NCBI RefSeq assembly: GCF_004010195.1 | Contig: NC_057711.1 | Coordinates: forward strand, 72,824,067-72,844,656 | Reading direction: 5' to 3' | From: Chiloscyllium plagiosum | Taxonomy: Eukaryota | DNA length: 20,590 bases | Part shown: positions 1-10,471 of the stretch, piece after piece | Layout of the letters: each line of letters opens with the position of its first letter | Numbering within the stretch: position 1 is the stretch's first letter | Program-made: the position numbers and the translations under genes | The notes under the pieces: model-generated | What the model saw: the letters and a program-made list of their open reading frames with translations, nothing else | Told to the model about the DNA's origin: nothing | Databases searched by the model: none

Positions 1-1031
1 GGTGAGGTTTATTCCTTATGTTTATAGAGGAAATCAATTACATTAAACTAAAATGTACCCACAGGAATTGGTTAATTCTGCAAATATTTATATTAATGCA
101 ATATTCCTTCATTGACATTTGTAATTATTCATTTTGTTTGTAGTGTACATAGAGATTTCTATATAATATTTATAACTCATACTTAGGAGAAAATTTATGA
201 GCAAAGAAATAGATTTAGGTTTGTTGGCATATTAACAGATACATTAAACAGCCAAAAATACTACATTTCAAAGTTAAAGATAATAGAAACAGGAATCCAC
301 AAACCTTTAAACATAGACACTGTAAATTTGGCAAGGCTTATGGGACCTAACCAGTCTATAAAAAACTTTAAGTAATTATACCGTATTTGTAAATGATCCT
401 GAGCCAAATAATATTAAAATTTCACAAAGTATTAAAGTAAATAAGAAGATAGATCTAAAAGAGTGCTAAACAAGAATACATTTCTATAACTATGTTTTAA
501 CATTTGCTCATGGGCTCTGTTTTGTGCATTACTTTTTATACTATCTACAATCTGAGAGTTAACTATCACAGTAAAAGGTCATTTTATGTAACAGAATTCT
601 AGAACTCATGGGGATTACAATTCAAATCAAACAAAATTATCTGGACATTTAGATTGCAAATCACATTGTGACTGTGTTAAGTGCCAGGGGCTATATTTTA
701 GTTTTGCAAGCTGCAGCAGATTTAACAACATTGATAAGAGTAATCTGAAGCTCAGGCAGTATTTTTATTCTGAAGTGCAAGTTAAATATTTGCAGCACTA
801 AATGAACACCAAAATTTGCATTTCTAAAAATCAATGTCAAATTCAGCAGCAGTTCAAACAAGGTGCTGCTCTGAGCCATTGAAAACACAACCTGGATTTT
901 TGATACCAAGGTGACTAGCTCAAATTGGGAAACTTAGCAGACCGGCCTTGGTTTAAACATCCTTATTAGACTCAATTTTCTGGCCCAGCTGACCCGGAGA
1001 GCAAATCCTTGATAGCCACAGGATACTAGCC

Positions 1032-1143
1032 AAAAGTGAGGACTGCAGATGCTGGAGATTAGAGTTGAGAGTGTGGTGCTGGAAAAGCACAGCAGGTCAG
1101 GCAGCATCCAAGGAGCAGGAGAATCAATGTTTCGGGCAAAAGC
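1032..1143 (-). mobile_element. Penelope-like element 3'-terminal (pLTR) fragment
   Basis: The reverse complement reads gcttttgcccgaaacattgattctcctgctccttggatgctgcctgacctgctgtgcttttccagcacc...ccagcatctgcagtcctcacttt. It is homologous to 14474-14551 and 10472-10550 in this window. Confidence 0.7.
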
Positions 1144-2734
1144 TCTAGGCAGACTGGTTAGTAAGTCCTGTTTCTATTCTCTGGAACATCATCTCAGTTG
1201 GTTTAGATGCTCTTAGCCTCTTTAGGTCCCATCTCTCACAGCCCCAAAGTTCCAACAAACAATCATGTCAATGCATGCCCCATGACATCTCCACTCCATT
1301 CATACCTCCATGCCACTTTCATCACAACGCATGAAATCCCAACCAACCTTGCATAAACTCTCATATTCTATACTATCTCCAGATTAACTCTTTCAATTTA
1401 CTCTCACATAACCAATTACAGTCTATTTCAATTTATTACCCTACCTATTACCCATCTCTCTCATTAGCCACTTACTCACTCTACACAAGGGACAGGTTTC
1501 AGAAGCTATGTGGAAATGTATAAAAAAAAATAAAATTTTAATAATCCAAAATAGGGTTTTTACTCATACACTTGATAATAAAAAAAATCCTCTTTATGAG
1601 ACTCATTCAAGTCCTTTTTTAAATCAGACTTATTTTACATGTTGTAAGTTAGTTAATCTTTTATAAATAAAACAAGCAAACTTCATAGACTAAACATCAA
1701 ACACAACTAAACTTTTAATAGCCATTTGGAACAGTGAATACAAAAGACCTTGCTCAGGTTATTGTAGCATTTGAAACCTGGCCAAGCATTCATAATTGCA
1801 TCATAATCACCCTTGGGAATGTCAGAAAAGACCTCTACTATCTGTGCAATGTCTATAATTGTTTTGACTAACCTGAATCATATGGTCTGTCAATTAAAGT
1901 AGTCTACCAGACTTTTTAAAATCTTTTGACAAGCTGTTGTTTTCCACTTAACAAGTGAGGGGTTTAAACACTTCAAACCATTAGACTTAAATACACTGTC
2001 TGCACCCTGCAAAACCACTGACGAATGCTCTGTCAATGTGATTTCAATATTGCAGATTAAGGCTCTTAGGCCACTCAGCCCTCAGTTTAAACTACTCTGG
2101 TGAATTTGAGTTTTCCAGCTGTTTGAATCATACCTCACCTTCATCTTGCGACCAGAAAACGTTGGATTTGTCTAAGCTATGCATAGGACTGCTACATCCC
2201 AAATCCTGTCCGCCAATTCAAAGGTTTATGGCACTATTATGACTTCACAAAAATGCCGCTTCACACCTTATGAGTCAGTGCAGTTGGAGTCAGTGCAATT
2301 GGAGACAACAGCAGGAAAATATATTATTTTTAATTCTAGTTTTACGAAGTCACATGATTGCTTATTTCTTTCTATGACAAAGAAGATTCAGAAGGAAGGT
2401 GAACCAGACCTTTGTACAGTTTTAATGTATAAATAACAGATATAGCTGACAACCAAATGATAGTGTACAGCATAAAGCAAGTATGTGTTTATTGCTTGCT
2501 CTGATAGGCTACCACTGATAGTATTATTGTACTTGGAATAATTATTACTTTATACCTTCTGCCTAAGGGGTAAGAAATTGGGTTTGGTTTTGGACTTTCT
2601 TTATTGCGTTTGCAATGTGTGTGCCTACTTGTGAAATGAAGTTTATCAAATGGAGTATTTGTGAAGTGGTACATATGCAAACATTTAATGAATATGGAGC
2701 AGGCAGAGGAGGAAGTTTGTAACTTCAAACAGGC

Positions 2735-2851
2735 TGATATTTTTAGATCAGCCTGTTTAGAGATGTTATGATACTCCTCTGGAGCAGGTGTGACTTGAAG
2801 CCAGGCATTTTGGCCCAGAGATGGGGATACTACCACTGAACTGCAAGACCC
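2735..2851 (-). mobile_element. Short tRNA-derived SINE (inverted copy in the left palindrome arm)
   Basis: Exact reverse complement of 3169-3285. Confidence 0.6.
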
Positions 2852-3168
2852 CCCCGCCCCGCCCCGCGCGCGCGCCCTCCCCCCCGTCCAGATGAAGATT
2901 GTCTTTTTTCATACAATGGAGGGCATTTCACACAATTTAGCATTATTTCCAGCTGTGCAAGGCCTAAGTTTACGATGAAGATCAAAAATGGCAGTACACT
3001 GACATATCAATGTGATGTCAGTGTACTGCCATTTTTGATCTTCATCGTAAACTTAGGCCTTGCACAGCTGGAAATAATGCTAAATTGTGTGAAATGCCCT
3101 CCATTGTATGAAAAAAGACAATCTTCATCTGGACGGGGGGGAGGGCGCGCGCGCGGGGCGGGGCGGGG

Positions 3169-3285
3169 GGGTCTTGCAGTTCAGTGGTAGTATCCCCATC
3201 TCTGGGCCAAAATGCCTGGCTTCAAGTCACACCTGCTCCAGAGGAGTATCATAACATCTCTAAACAGGCTGATCTAAAAATATCA
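3169..3285 (+). mobile_element. Short tRNA-derived SINE
   Basis: A-box-like cagttcagtggtag and B-box-like ggcttcaagtca occur at tRNA-like spacing, followed by a short body ending ctaaaaatatc. Confidence 0.6.
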
Positions 3286-3374
3286 ATATCCTCTATCATC
3301 TCTACTTAAAGGGATCATGATCCATTTACATGTTAATTGTATGATTATTTCAAAGACTCAAATGTATACAGCGC

Positions 3375-3640
3375 ACAACTGGTCTGAGCTGGTCAATAAA
3401 AATCCGACTACTCAGATCGTATTTTCCAGCTTTGGACCATAGCCTTGGAGGCTAGAGCAGTGCAAATGAATATCTAAACACTGCTTGAATGTTATAAGTG
3501 TTTCTGACTTAACTATCCTTTCAGGCAATGAGTTCTGGACACCCACCACCCTTTGATTGGAAAATGATTCTCCTCAACTCTCCTCTTAGCCTCCACCTCT
3601 TACCTTAAATCTATGTCCCCCTGATTACTGACCCCTCTTA
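3375..3640 (-). mobile_element. Old CR1 LINE 3' end fragment
   Basis: The minus strand carries decayed CR1 ORF2 C-terminal motifs (G-H-R-F-K-V-R-G-like, QRVVGV.NSLPE.., ..GYGPKAGK.D). Confidence 0.6.
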
Positions 3641-3882
3641 TTCTATTTTCCCATTCATTGACGTTACAATATAGGTAGTCCTTTCTATCCAGCTGCCAAT
3701 CAAATGATTCATGTCTGTTACCAGTAACCTTAATCAGAGTTAAGGTGCCCTTAGGGGCAATTTTGAGTAGCCATGCCCAGAAGACTCTGTTTCAGACTGC
3801 ATCATTACAGCATTGACAGCAGTCTGGGCTGGGGGTGCTAGAAACTGCAAGGATACTGGTGGATTGGCAAGGATGAGAGGAT

Positions 3883-4189
3883 GAATTAGAATTAGAATTA
3901 GAATTCCTATAGTGTGGAAACAGGCCCTTTGGCCCAACAAGACCACACTGTAACCCATCCATACCCATTCCCTTGTTACTCTACATTTCCCCTGATCAAT
4001 GTACCTATCCTACACATCCCTGAACCCTTTGAGCAATTTAGCATGCACACTTTTGAACTGTGGGAGGAAACTGGACAACCTGAAGGAAATCCACGCAGAT
4101 ACGGGGAGAATGTACAAACTCCACACAGACAATCGCCCAAGGCTGGAATCGAATCTGATCCCTGGCGCTGTGACGCAACCATGCCACCC
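3883..4189 (-). mobile_element. HE1-type V-SINE
   Basis: The minus strand shows a B-box (gattcgattcc), the V-domain (gtgtggagtttgtacattctccccgtatctgcgtggatttcc), a CR1-like 3' end (gggcctgtttccacact) and an (aattct)n tail. It is flanked by atgaatt at 3881-3887 and 4190-4196. Confidence 0.88.
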
Positions 4190-4288
4190 ATGAATTCTCT
4201 CATCTTGAAAGGGGAGAGATTTCATGCTCCATGGAATGTCACAATTAGCCACAATGGAGCTAAAGTCCAATAAGTCATTCTGGGTAAT

Positions 4289-4300
4289 CCAAGATGGAGG
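4289..4300 (+). promoter_or_regulatory. YY1-like motif (CCAAGATGGAGG) at the CR1 5' end
   Basis: It resembles the YY1 core AAGATGGCG found at the very 5' end of L1 internal promoters. I used it to place the element's 5' boundary, so this is an inference. Confidence 0.4.
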
Positions 4301-4874
4301 ATGGGAAAAATTTCTGGCAGTAACAGGCTGCTCCTTTTTTGAGGTATTTTTAGGTGTTGGAGGTGATTTCCTCGAATTCCAGGAGCAGCAATTACTGTTT
4401 TATATGCTGCTGCATTGTTTTGGAACTTTGGAAAAAAAAGTCAAAACAACAGGAGTTTTAAAAGGGAGAAGAAGAGACAAAGGAAGCACATGGTGAGGAC
4501 AGTGCAGGAGAGAGAGAGAGAGAGAACCTGCACAGTTACTAACTTTGCTGTTTCGAATTCATGTATCACTGGACATCAGAGAGCATCTGGGAAAATTAAC
4601 AAACAGTGAAATTCACAACTGATCTTGGAGAAACCTGTTTGGGCGAAGTTCACAGCACAGAATCAGATAAGTTAATCGTTGTTTTAAGTCTGTCTAAGAG
4701 AAAGACTGCAGTAGTGATTAGAGCGGGTTCTTTCTTGATTATATGTTTTTGGAGATATGTCTCTTGATTAAACTTAAAATATGAGCCATAACTATTAATT
4801 TAACCTGGAGCAGTGTTTTGTAGAGGAATAAGATGGTGTTATTTTCTGGGTCTGTAGATTGTGAAGGAGGAAAA

Positions 4875-5118
4875 ATGGCCTTTAGGAGAGTGATATGTAC
4901 TTCTTGTCAGATGTGGGAGTTTAAAGAGAGTTTAAGGGTTACTGCGGATTATAACTGCCATAAATGCAGTTGAATGCGAATCTTATCAGATCAAATGGAT
5001 CAGTTGGAGAGGCAGTTAGACGCAATGAGGAATTTGCAACAGCAACAGTATGTGATGGATGGCAGTTATACTGGCAGCGAAATTTGCTAGAGCTGCTCGC
5101 GAAGATTTAAACCAGTAA
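4875..5118 (+). pseudogene. CR1 ORF1 remnant (CxxC..CxxC zinc finger plus coiled coil; central esterase domain missing)
   Basis: ATG at 4875 gives MAFRRVICTSCQMWEFKESLRVTADYNCHKCS*MRILSDQMDQLERQLDAMRNLQQQQYVMDGSY, with an in-frame TGA at 4971. At ~5070 it jumps to the ORF1-terminal LAAKFARAAREDLNQ*. Confidence 0.75.
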
Positions 5119-5119
5119 G

Positions 5120-7683
5120 GTGTGGGGGGGGCTGGGACCCAGGGAGATAGTGAGGAAAGAGATCAATCTGAGACTGGTTGAGAAGAGAAGTGAGTCAAAC
5201 AGTGAGGGCAGGCAGGGACAAGGTAGGACGAATAAATTAAACTGCATTTATTTCAATGCAAAGGGGCTAAAAGGGAAGGCAGATGAACTCAGGGCATGGT
5301 TGGGAACATGGGACTGGGATATCATAGCAATTACAGAAACATGGCTCAGGGATGGGCAGGACTGGCAGCTTAATGTTCCAGGATACAAATGCTACAGGAA
5401 GGATAGAAAGGGAGGCAAGAGAGGAGGGGGGACTGGCATTTGGGATAAGGGATACTATTACAGCTGTGGTGAGGGAGGATATTCTTGGAAATACATCCAG
5501 GGAAGTTATGTGGGTGGAACTGAGAAATAAGAAAGGGATGATCACGTTATTGTGATTGTATTATAGACCCCCTAATTGTCAGAGAGAAATTGACAAACAA
5601 ACTTGTAAGGAGATCTCAGCTATCTGTAAGAATAATAGGGTGCTAATTGTAGGGGATTTTAACTTTCCAAACATAGACTGGGACTTCCATAGTTTTAAAG
5701 GTTTAGATGGAGAGGATTTTTTTATGTGCGTACAAGACAATCTCCTGATTCAGTATGTGGATGTCCCTACTAGAGAAGGTGCAAAACCAGACCTACTCTT
5801 GGGGAATAAGGCAGGGCAGGTGACTGAGGTGTCAGTGGGGGAGCAATTTGGGGCCAGCGACCATAATTCTATTAGATTTAAAATAGTGATGGAGAAGGAT
5901 TGTCAGGTATAGACAGGATAGATCGAGTGAATCCTTAGAAGAATATAAAGGAAGTAGGAGTAAACTTAAGAGGGAAATCAGGAGGGCAAAAAGGGGCATG
6001 AAATAGCTTTGGCAAATAGAATTAAGAAGAATCCAAAGAGTTTTTACAAATACATAAAGGACAAAAGTGTAACTAAGGAGAGAATAGGGCCCTCAAAGAT
6101 CATCAAGGCGGAGCCCCAGAAAATGGGGAAGATACTAAATGAGTATTTTGCATCAATATTTACTGTGGAAAAGGATATGGAAGATATAGACTGGAGGGAA
6201 ATAGATGGTGACATCTTGCAAAATGTCCAGATTACAGAGGAGGAAGTGCTGGATGTCTTGAAATGGGTAAAGGCAGATAAATCCCCAGGACCTGGGGATT
6301 TATCAGGTGTACCCTAGAACTCTGAGGGAAGCCAGAGAAGTGATTGCTGGGCCTCTTGCTGAGATATTTGTATCATCGATAGTCACAGGTGAGGTGTCGG
6401 AAGACTGGAGGTTGGCAAAAGTGGTGCCACTGTTTACGAAGGGTGGTAAGGACAAGCCAGGGAACTATAGACCAGTGAGCCTGACCTCAGTGGTGGGCAG
6501 GTTGTTGGAGGGAATCATGAGGGACAGGATATACATGTATTTGGAAAGGCAAGGTCTGATTCGGGATAGTCAACATGGCTTTGTGCATGGGAAATCATGT
6601 CTCACAAACTTGATTGAATTTTTTGAGGAAGTTACAATGAGGATTGATGAGGGCGAAGCAGTAGATGTGATCTATATGGACTTCAGTAAGGCGTTTGACA
6701 AGGCTCCCCATGAGAAACTGGTTAGCAATTTTAGATCTCATGGAATACAGGGAGAACTAGCCATTTGGATACAGAACTAGCTCAAAGGAAGAAGACAGAG
6801 GGTGGTGGTGGAGGGTTGTTTTTCAGACTGGAGGCCTGTAATCAGTGGAGTGCCACAAGGATTGGTGCTGGGCCCTCTACCTTTTGTCATTTACATAAAT
6901 GATTTGGATGCGAGCATAAGAGGTACAGTTAGTAAGTTTGCAGATGACACCAAAATTGGAGGTGTAGTGGCTTGTGAAAAATGTNNNNNNNNNNNNNNNN
7001 NNNNNNNNNNNNNNNNNNNNNNNNNNNNNNNNNNNNNNNNNNNNNNNNNNNNNNNNNNNNNNNNNNNNNNNNNNNNNNNNNNNNNNNNNNNNNNNNNNNN
7101 NNNNNNNNNNNNNNNNNNNNNNNNNNNNNNNNNNNNNNNNNNNNNNNNNNNNNNNNNNNNNNNNNNNNNNNNNNNNNNNNNNNNNNNNNNNNNNNNNNNN
7201 NNNNNNNNGCTACTGTTGGAATATTACGTGCAATTCTGGTCTCCTTCCTATCGGAAAGATGTTGTGAAACTTGAAAGGGTTCAGAAAAGATTTACAAGGA
7301 TGTTGCCAGGGTTGGAGAATTTGAGCTACAGAGAGAGGCTGTTCAGGCTGGGGCTGTTTTCCCTGGAGCATTGGAGGCTGAGGGGTGACCTTATAGAGGT
7401 TTAGAAAATTATGAGGGGCATGGATAGGGTAAATAGGCAAAGTCTTTTCCCTGGGGTCGGGGAGTTCAGAACTAGAGGGCATAGGTTTAGGGTGAGCAGG
7501 GAAAGATATAAAAGAGATCTACATGGCAACTTTTTCACACAAAGGGTGGTACGTGTATGGAATGAGCTGCCTGAGGAAGTGGTGGAGTCTGGTACAATTG
7601 CAACACTTAAGAGGCATTTAGATGGATATATGAATAGGAAGGGTTTGGAGGGATATGGGCCAGGTGCTGGCAAATGGGACTAG
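5120..7683 (+). pseudogene. CR1 ORF2 (endonuclease/reverse transcriptase), disrupted
   Basis: The ORF track pieces 5120-5530, 5352-5555, 5556-5912, 6009-6317, 6307-6780, 6802-7404 and 7411-7683 tile one EN-RT protein. It is broken by stops, frameshifts and an internal deletion near 5900. Confidence 0.9.
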
Positions 7684-7765
7684 ATTGGGTTGGGATATCT
7701 GTTCGGCATGGACGGGTTGGACTGAAGGGTCTGTTTCCATGCTGTACATCTCTATGACTCTATGA

Positions 7766-8836
7766 ACTTTGAACCTGCACTCCAAGGTCCCTTTGTTCAG
7801 CAACCCTCCCCAAGACCTTATCATTAAATGTATTAGTTCTGCCCTGATTTGCCTTTCCAAAATGCAGCACCTCACATTTATCTAAATTAAATTCCACCTG
7901 CCGGTCTTTGGCCCATTGGCCCATCTGTTCAAGGCCCCGTTCTACTCTGTGGAAACCTTCTTCGCTGTCCACAACAACTGCAATTTTATTGTCATCTGTA
8001 AACTTACTAACTATACCTCCTATGTTCACATCAAAATCATTTATATAAATAACAAAAATTTATATAAATGGCACCGATGCTTGCGGCACTCCACTTATCA
8101 CAGGCCTCCAGTCTGAAAAGCAACATTCTACTACCATCCTCCATCTCCTACCTTCAGGCCATTTCTGCAGCCATATGCCTATTCCTTCCTGTATTCCATG
8201 TGAACTAACCTTGCTAACCAGTCTACCATGAGGAACCTTGAACGCCTTACTGAAGATCATATAAATCATGTCCACTACTCTGCCTTCATCAGTGCTGTTT
8301 GTTACTTCTTCAAAAAACTCAAACAAGTTAGTGAGACACAATTTCCCACGCAGAATGCCATATTGACTTTCCCTAATCAATCCTTTCCTTTCCAAATACA
8401 TGTAAATCCTGTCGCTCAGGATTCCCTCCAACAACTTGCCCACCACTGATGCCAGGCTCACTGATCTATAATTCCCTGTCATTTCTTACCACATTACCCT
8501 AAATAATGGCACCACATTAGCTAAGCTCCAGTTTTCTGGTGGACACTGTTGCTATCAATGGTACAAATAATTCAGGAAGGGGCCCAGCTATCACTTCCGT
8601 AGCTTACCACGGAGTTCTAAGACATACTTGATCAAGTCCCAGGGATTTATCTACCTTTATGCACTTTAAGACGTCCAGCACCTCCTCCCCTGTGATATGG
8701 ACATTCTTCAAGATGTCATTATTTAATTCCCCAAGTTTTCTATCTTCCATATCCTTCTCCACTGCAAACAGTGATGCAAAGTACTTGTTTGCTATCTCCC
8801 ACATCTCCTGTGGTTCTACTCATAGGCTGCCTTGCT
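7766..8836 (-). mobile_element. CR1 LINE internal RT fragment, truncated at both ends
   Basis: Minus-strand ORFs 8604-8804, 8060-8482 and 7760-8029 give NKYFASLF..EKDMED, GNYRSVSLASVVGKLLEGIL, SGVPQ, SKFTDD and FNLDKCEVLHFG..RDLGVQV. It ends abruptly at the tail of the + CR1. Confidence 0.9.
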
Positions 8837-9335
8837 TGCCATATTTTTCAATGATAAAGCCAGTGTAGTACTTGTTTGAAGGCTAGTTGGGTTTCAGCTG
8901 GCAGGTGCTTTTGCATGGTTACATCATTGTCCCCACATACCAAACAATCTCCCAGCATCTCATTAACGGTTAAACCAAAATCAAATGCCTCTGCCAGTCA
9001 TCTTAACCTCGTCAAAAATCCCAATACGGATTCCCCTGGTTCTTGAATTGCCAAGTAAAATCAATAGCATCTTGGAATTAGAAGAGACTTGGGGTCACAA
9101 TATTTCTTAAGCAAATCCATCAAAGTTTAAAAGGTTTTAGTATCTGGCACCTCAGGCAAATAAGGCTCCTAATAACCAAAAAAGCTGCAGTTCCACAAGC
9201 TGTCAGGAGAATTACTCCTTACTTTTCATCTGCCCCAATGTCATTTACCCAGAGAAAATAATACATTCTTTCCACATACCAGCTGCAGTCTTGGATGGCA
9301 GGATTGAACAAGTTAAGCTTCCCAAACAATGGCAT
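8835..9335 (-). pseudogene. Ty3/Gypsy gag remnant
   Basis: From the ATG at 9335: MPLFGKLNLFNPAIQDCSWYVERMYYFLWVNDIGADEK*GVILLTACG...KKYCDPK...FYLAIQEPGESVLGFLTRLR*LAEAFDFGLTVNEMLGDCLVCG...QKHL. This includes the Q-x-x-GESV-x-x-F major-homology-like motif, with several stops and frameshifts. Confidence 0.8.
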
Positions 9336-9416
9336 GATGCCAGAAATGCTACCCCATTTTAAAATCAACTGTTGCGAACAAATTTCTTCAGGAGCATGCT
9401 TTTCTCTTGTTGCCAC

Positions 9417-10383
9417 TGAAATAACTCCACAGAGGCCAATATCCCATCACCAAATCACCCTTTATGTGTGGCGACTCCTTGACACTAACCTAGCTCCATC
9501 AGAACCCATTCTCATAGTGAACAGGAGGTCTGAAACTCCTATTAGAACATAGAACATAGAAGAATACAGCGCAGTACAGGCCCTTTGGCCCTCGATGTTG
9601 CGCCGATCCAAGCCCACCTGACCTATACTAACCCACTATCCTCCATATACCTATCCAATGCCCGCTTAAATGCCCATAAAGAGGGAGAGTCCACCACTGC
9701 TGCTGGCAGGGCATTCCATGAACTTACGACTCGCTGAGTGAAGAACCTACCCCTAGCTTCAGTCCTATATCTACCCCCCCTTAATTTAAAGCTATGCCCC
9801 CTTGTAATACCCGACTCCATACGCGGGAAAAGGTTCACACTGTCAACCCTATCTAACCCCCTAATCATCTTGTACACCTCAATCAAGTCACCCCTAAACC
9901 TTCTTTTCTCTAATGAAAACAGCCCCAAGTGTCTCAGTCTTTCCTCATACGATCTTCCTTCCATACCAGGCAACATCCTGGTAAACCTCCTCTGCACCCG
10001 TTCCAGTGCCTCCACATCCTTCCTATAGTATGGCGACCAAAACTGCACACAATATTCCAGATGCGGCCGCACCAGAGTTTTATACAACTGCATCATGACC
10101 TCAGGACTCCGGAACTCAATTCCTCTACCAATAAAAGCCAGTACGCCATATGCCTTCCTCACCGCACTATTTACCTGGGTGGCAACTTTCAGAGATCTGT
10201 GTACATGGACACCAAGATCCCTCTGCTCATCCACACTACCAAGTATCCGACCATTAGCCCAGTACCCCATCTTTTTGTTATTCTTATCTGTCATCCAGGA
10301 CTCACTAGACCATATTAACAGCCCCAATCAGGGACCTCATATTCAATATGGTCGATCTGGCTGACCTCATTAAAATCACTATA
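9417..10383 (-). mobile_element. Gypsy 5' LTR (9417-9543 plus 10284-10383), split by a CR1 insertion
   Basis: The minus strand starts tatagtgatttt (decayed TG start) and ends gttatttCA. It is followed by the PBS-like tggcaacaaga (9405-9415) and by gag ~70 nt further on. Confidence 0.65.
9544..10286 (-). mobile_element. Young 5'-truncated CR1 LINE (second family)
   Basis: It has an uninterrupted ORF2 C-terminal frame to the stop at 9623 (RDLGVHVH, LYKTLVRPHLEYCVQFWSP, ERVQRRFTRM, FFTQRVVSSWNALP). Many CpGs are retained, and the tail is (ttctatg)n. Confidence 0.93.
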
Positions 10384-10471
10384 GTTGACCTCTACGTCCT
10401 ACTGTTCTCAGCAAGTATATCCTGAGGCACAGTGTCAACAATGCCATAGCAAGTCTGCTAGTCAAATATTA

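Larger units (their letters stand above)
2735..3285. repeat. Perfect inverted repeat: 271-bp arms (2735-3005 and 3015-3285) with a 9-nt spacer
   Basis: Position i pairs with 6020-i, and I found no mismatch by eye, including the homopolymer C/G runs. The spacer is atcaatgtg (3006-3014). Pairing stops at c2734/a3286. Confidence 0.97.
4282..7765 (+). mobile_element. Near-full-length, internally deleted and decayed CR1 (HER1-like) LINE
   Basis: It has a 5' UTR, an ORF1 remnant, and ORF2 with APE endonuclease (IIAITETWL, YYRPP, IVGDFNFPNIDW, SDHN) and RT motifs (PGNYRPVSLTS, QHGF, YMDFSKAFDK, GVPQG.VLGP, FADD). The 3' UTR ends in (tctatgac)n. It spans the N-gap at 6985-7208. Confidence 0.95.

Noticed and set aside
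1..10. Donor-like G|GTGAGG at the window start
   Set aside because: No upstream exon sequence is visible, so it cannot be evaluated.
2139..2215. Possible minus-strand exon ending at a donor-like AAG|GTGAGG (2139)
   Set aside because: There is no convincing acceptor, and no frame resembles PRMT9 or any protein I recognise.
2271..2304. 15-bp tandem duplication gagtcagtgca(g/a)ttg overlapping a TGAGTCA AP-1 motif
   Set aside because: This is an ordinary slippage duplication, and a single 7-mer motif is expected by chance.
970..2320. Possible old non-autonomous DNA transposon (aattttc...gaaaat ends, C/A-rich interior)
   Set aside because: The terminal match is only ~6 bp with no TSD. It cannot be supported without a repeat-library search.
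2489..2570. Minus-strand RRYKVIIIPSTIILSVVAY after ccccttag, vaguely like PRMT9 KYGKVIPASAVIFGMAVEC
   Set aside because: The similarity is too weak, the conserved residues are absent, and the frame ends in a stop with no donor.
2735..3285. Palindrome interpreted as a MITE/foldback transposon or miRNA precursor
   Set aside because: There is no TSD, the arms are made of local unique DNA plus a SINE, and the stem is far longer and more perfect than a pre-miRNA.
3740..4273. Overlapping ORFs on both strands (3914-4273, 3976-4203, 4010-4270)
   Set aside because: They are translations of the HE1 SINE.
6974..7274. ORFs made mostly of X (also 13799-14711 and 16994-17453)
   Set aside because: They are read-through across assembly N-gaps.
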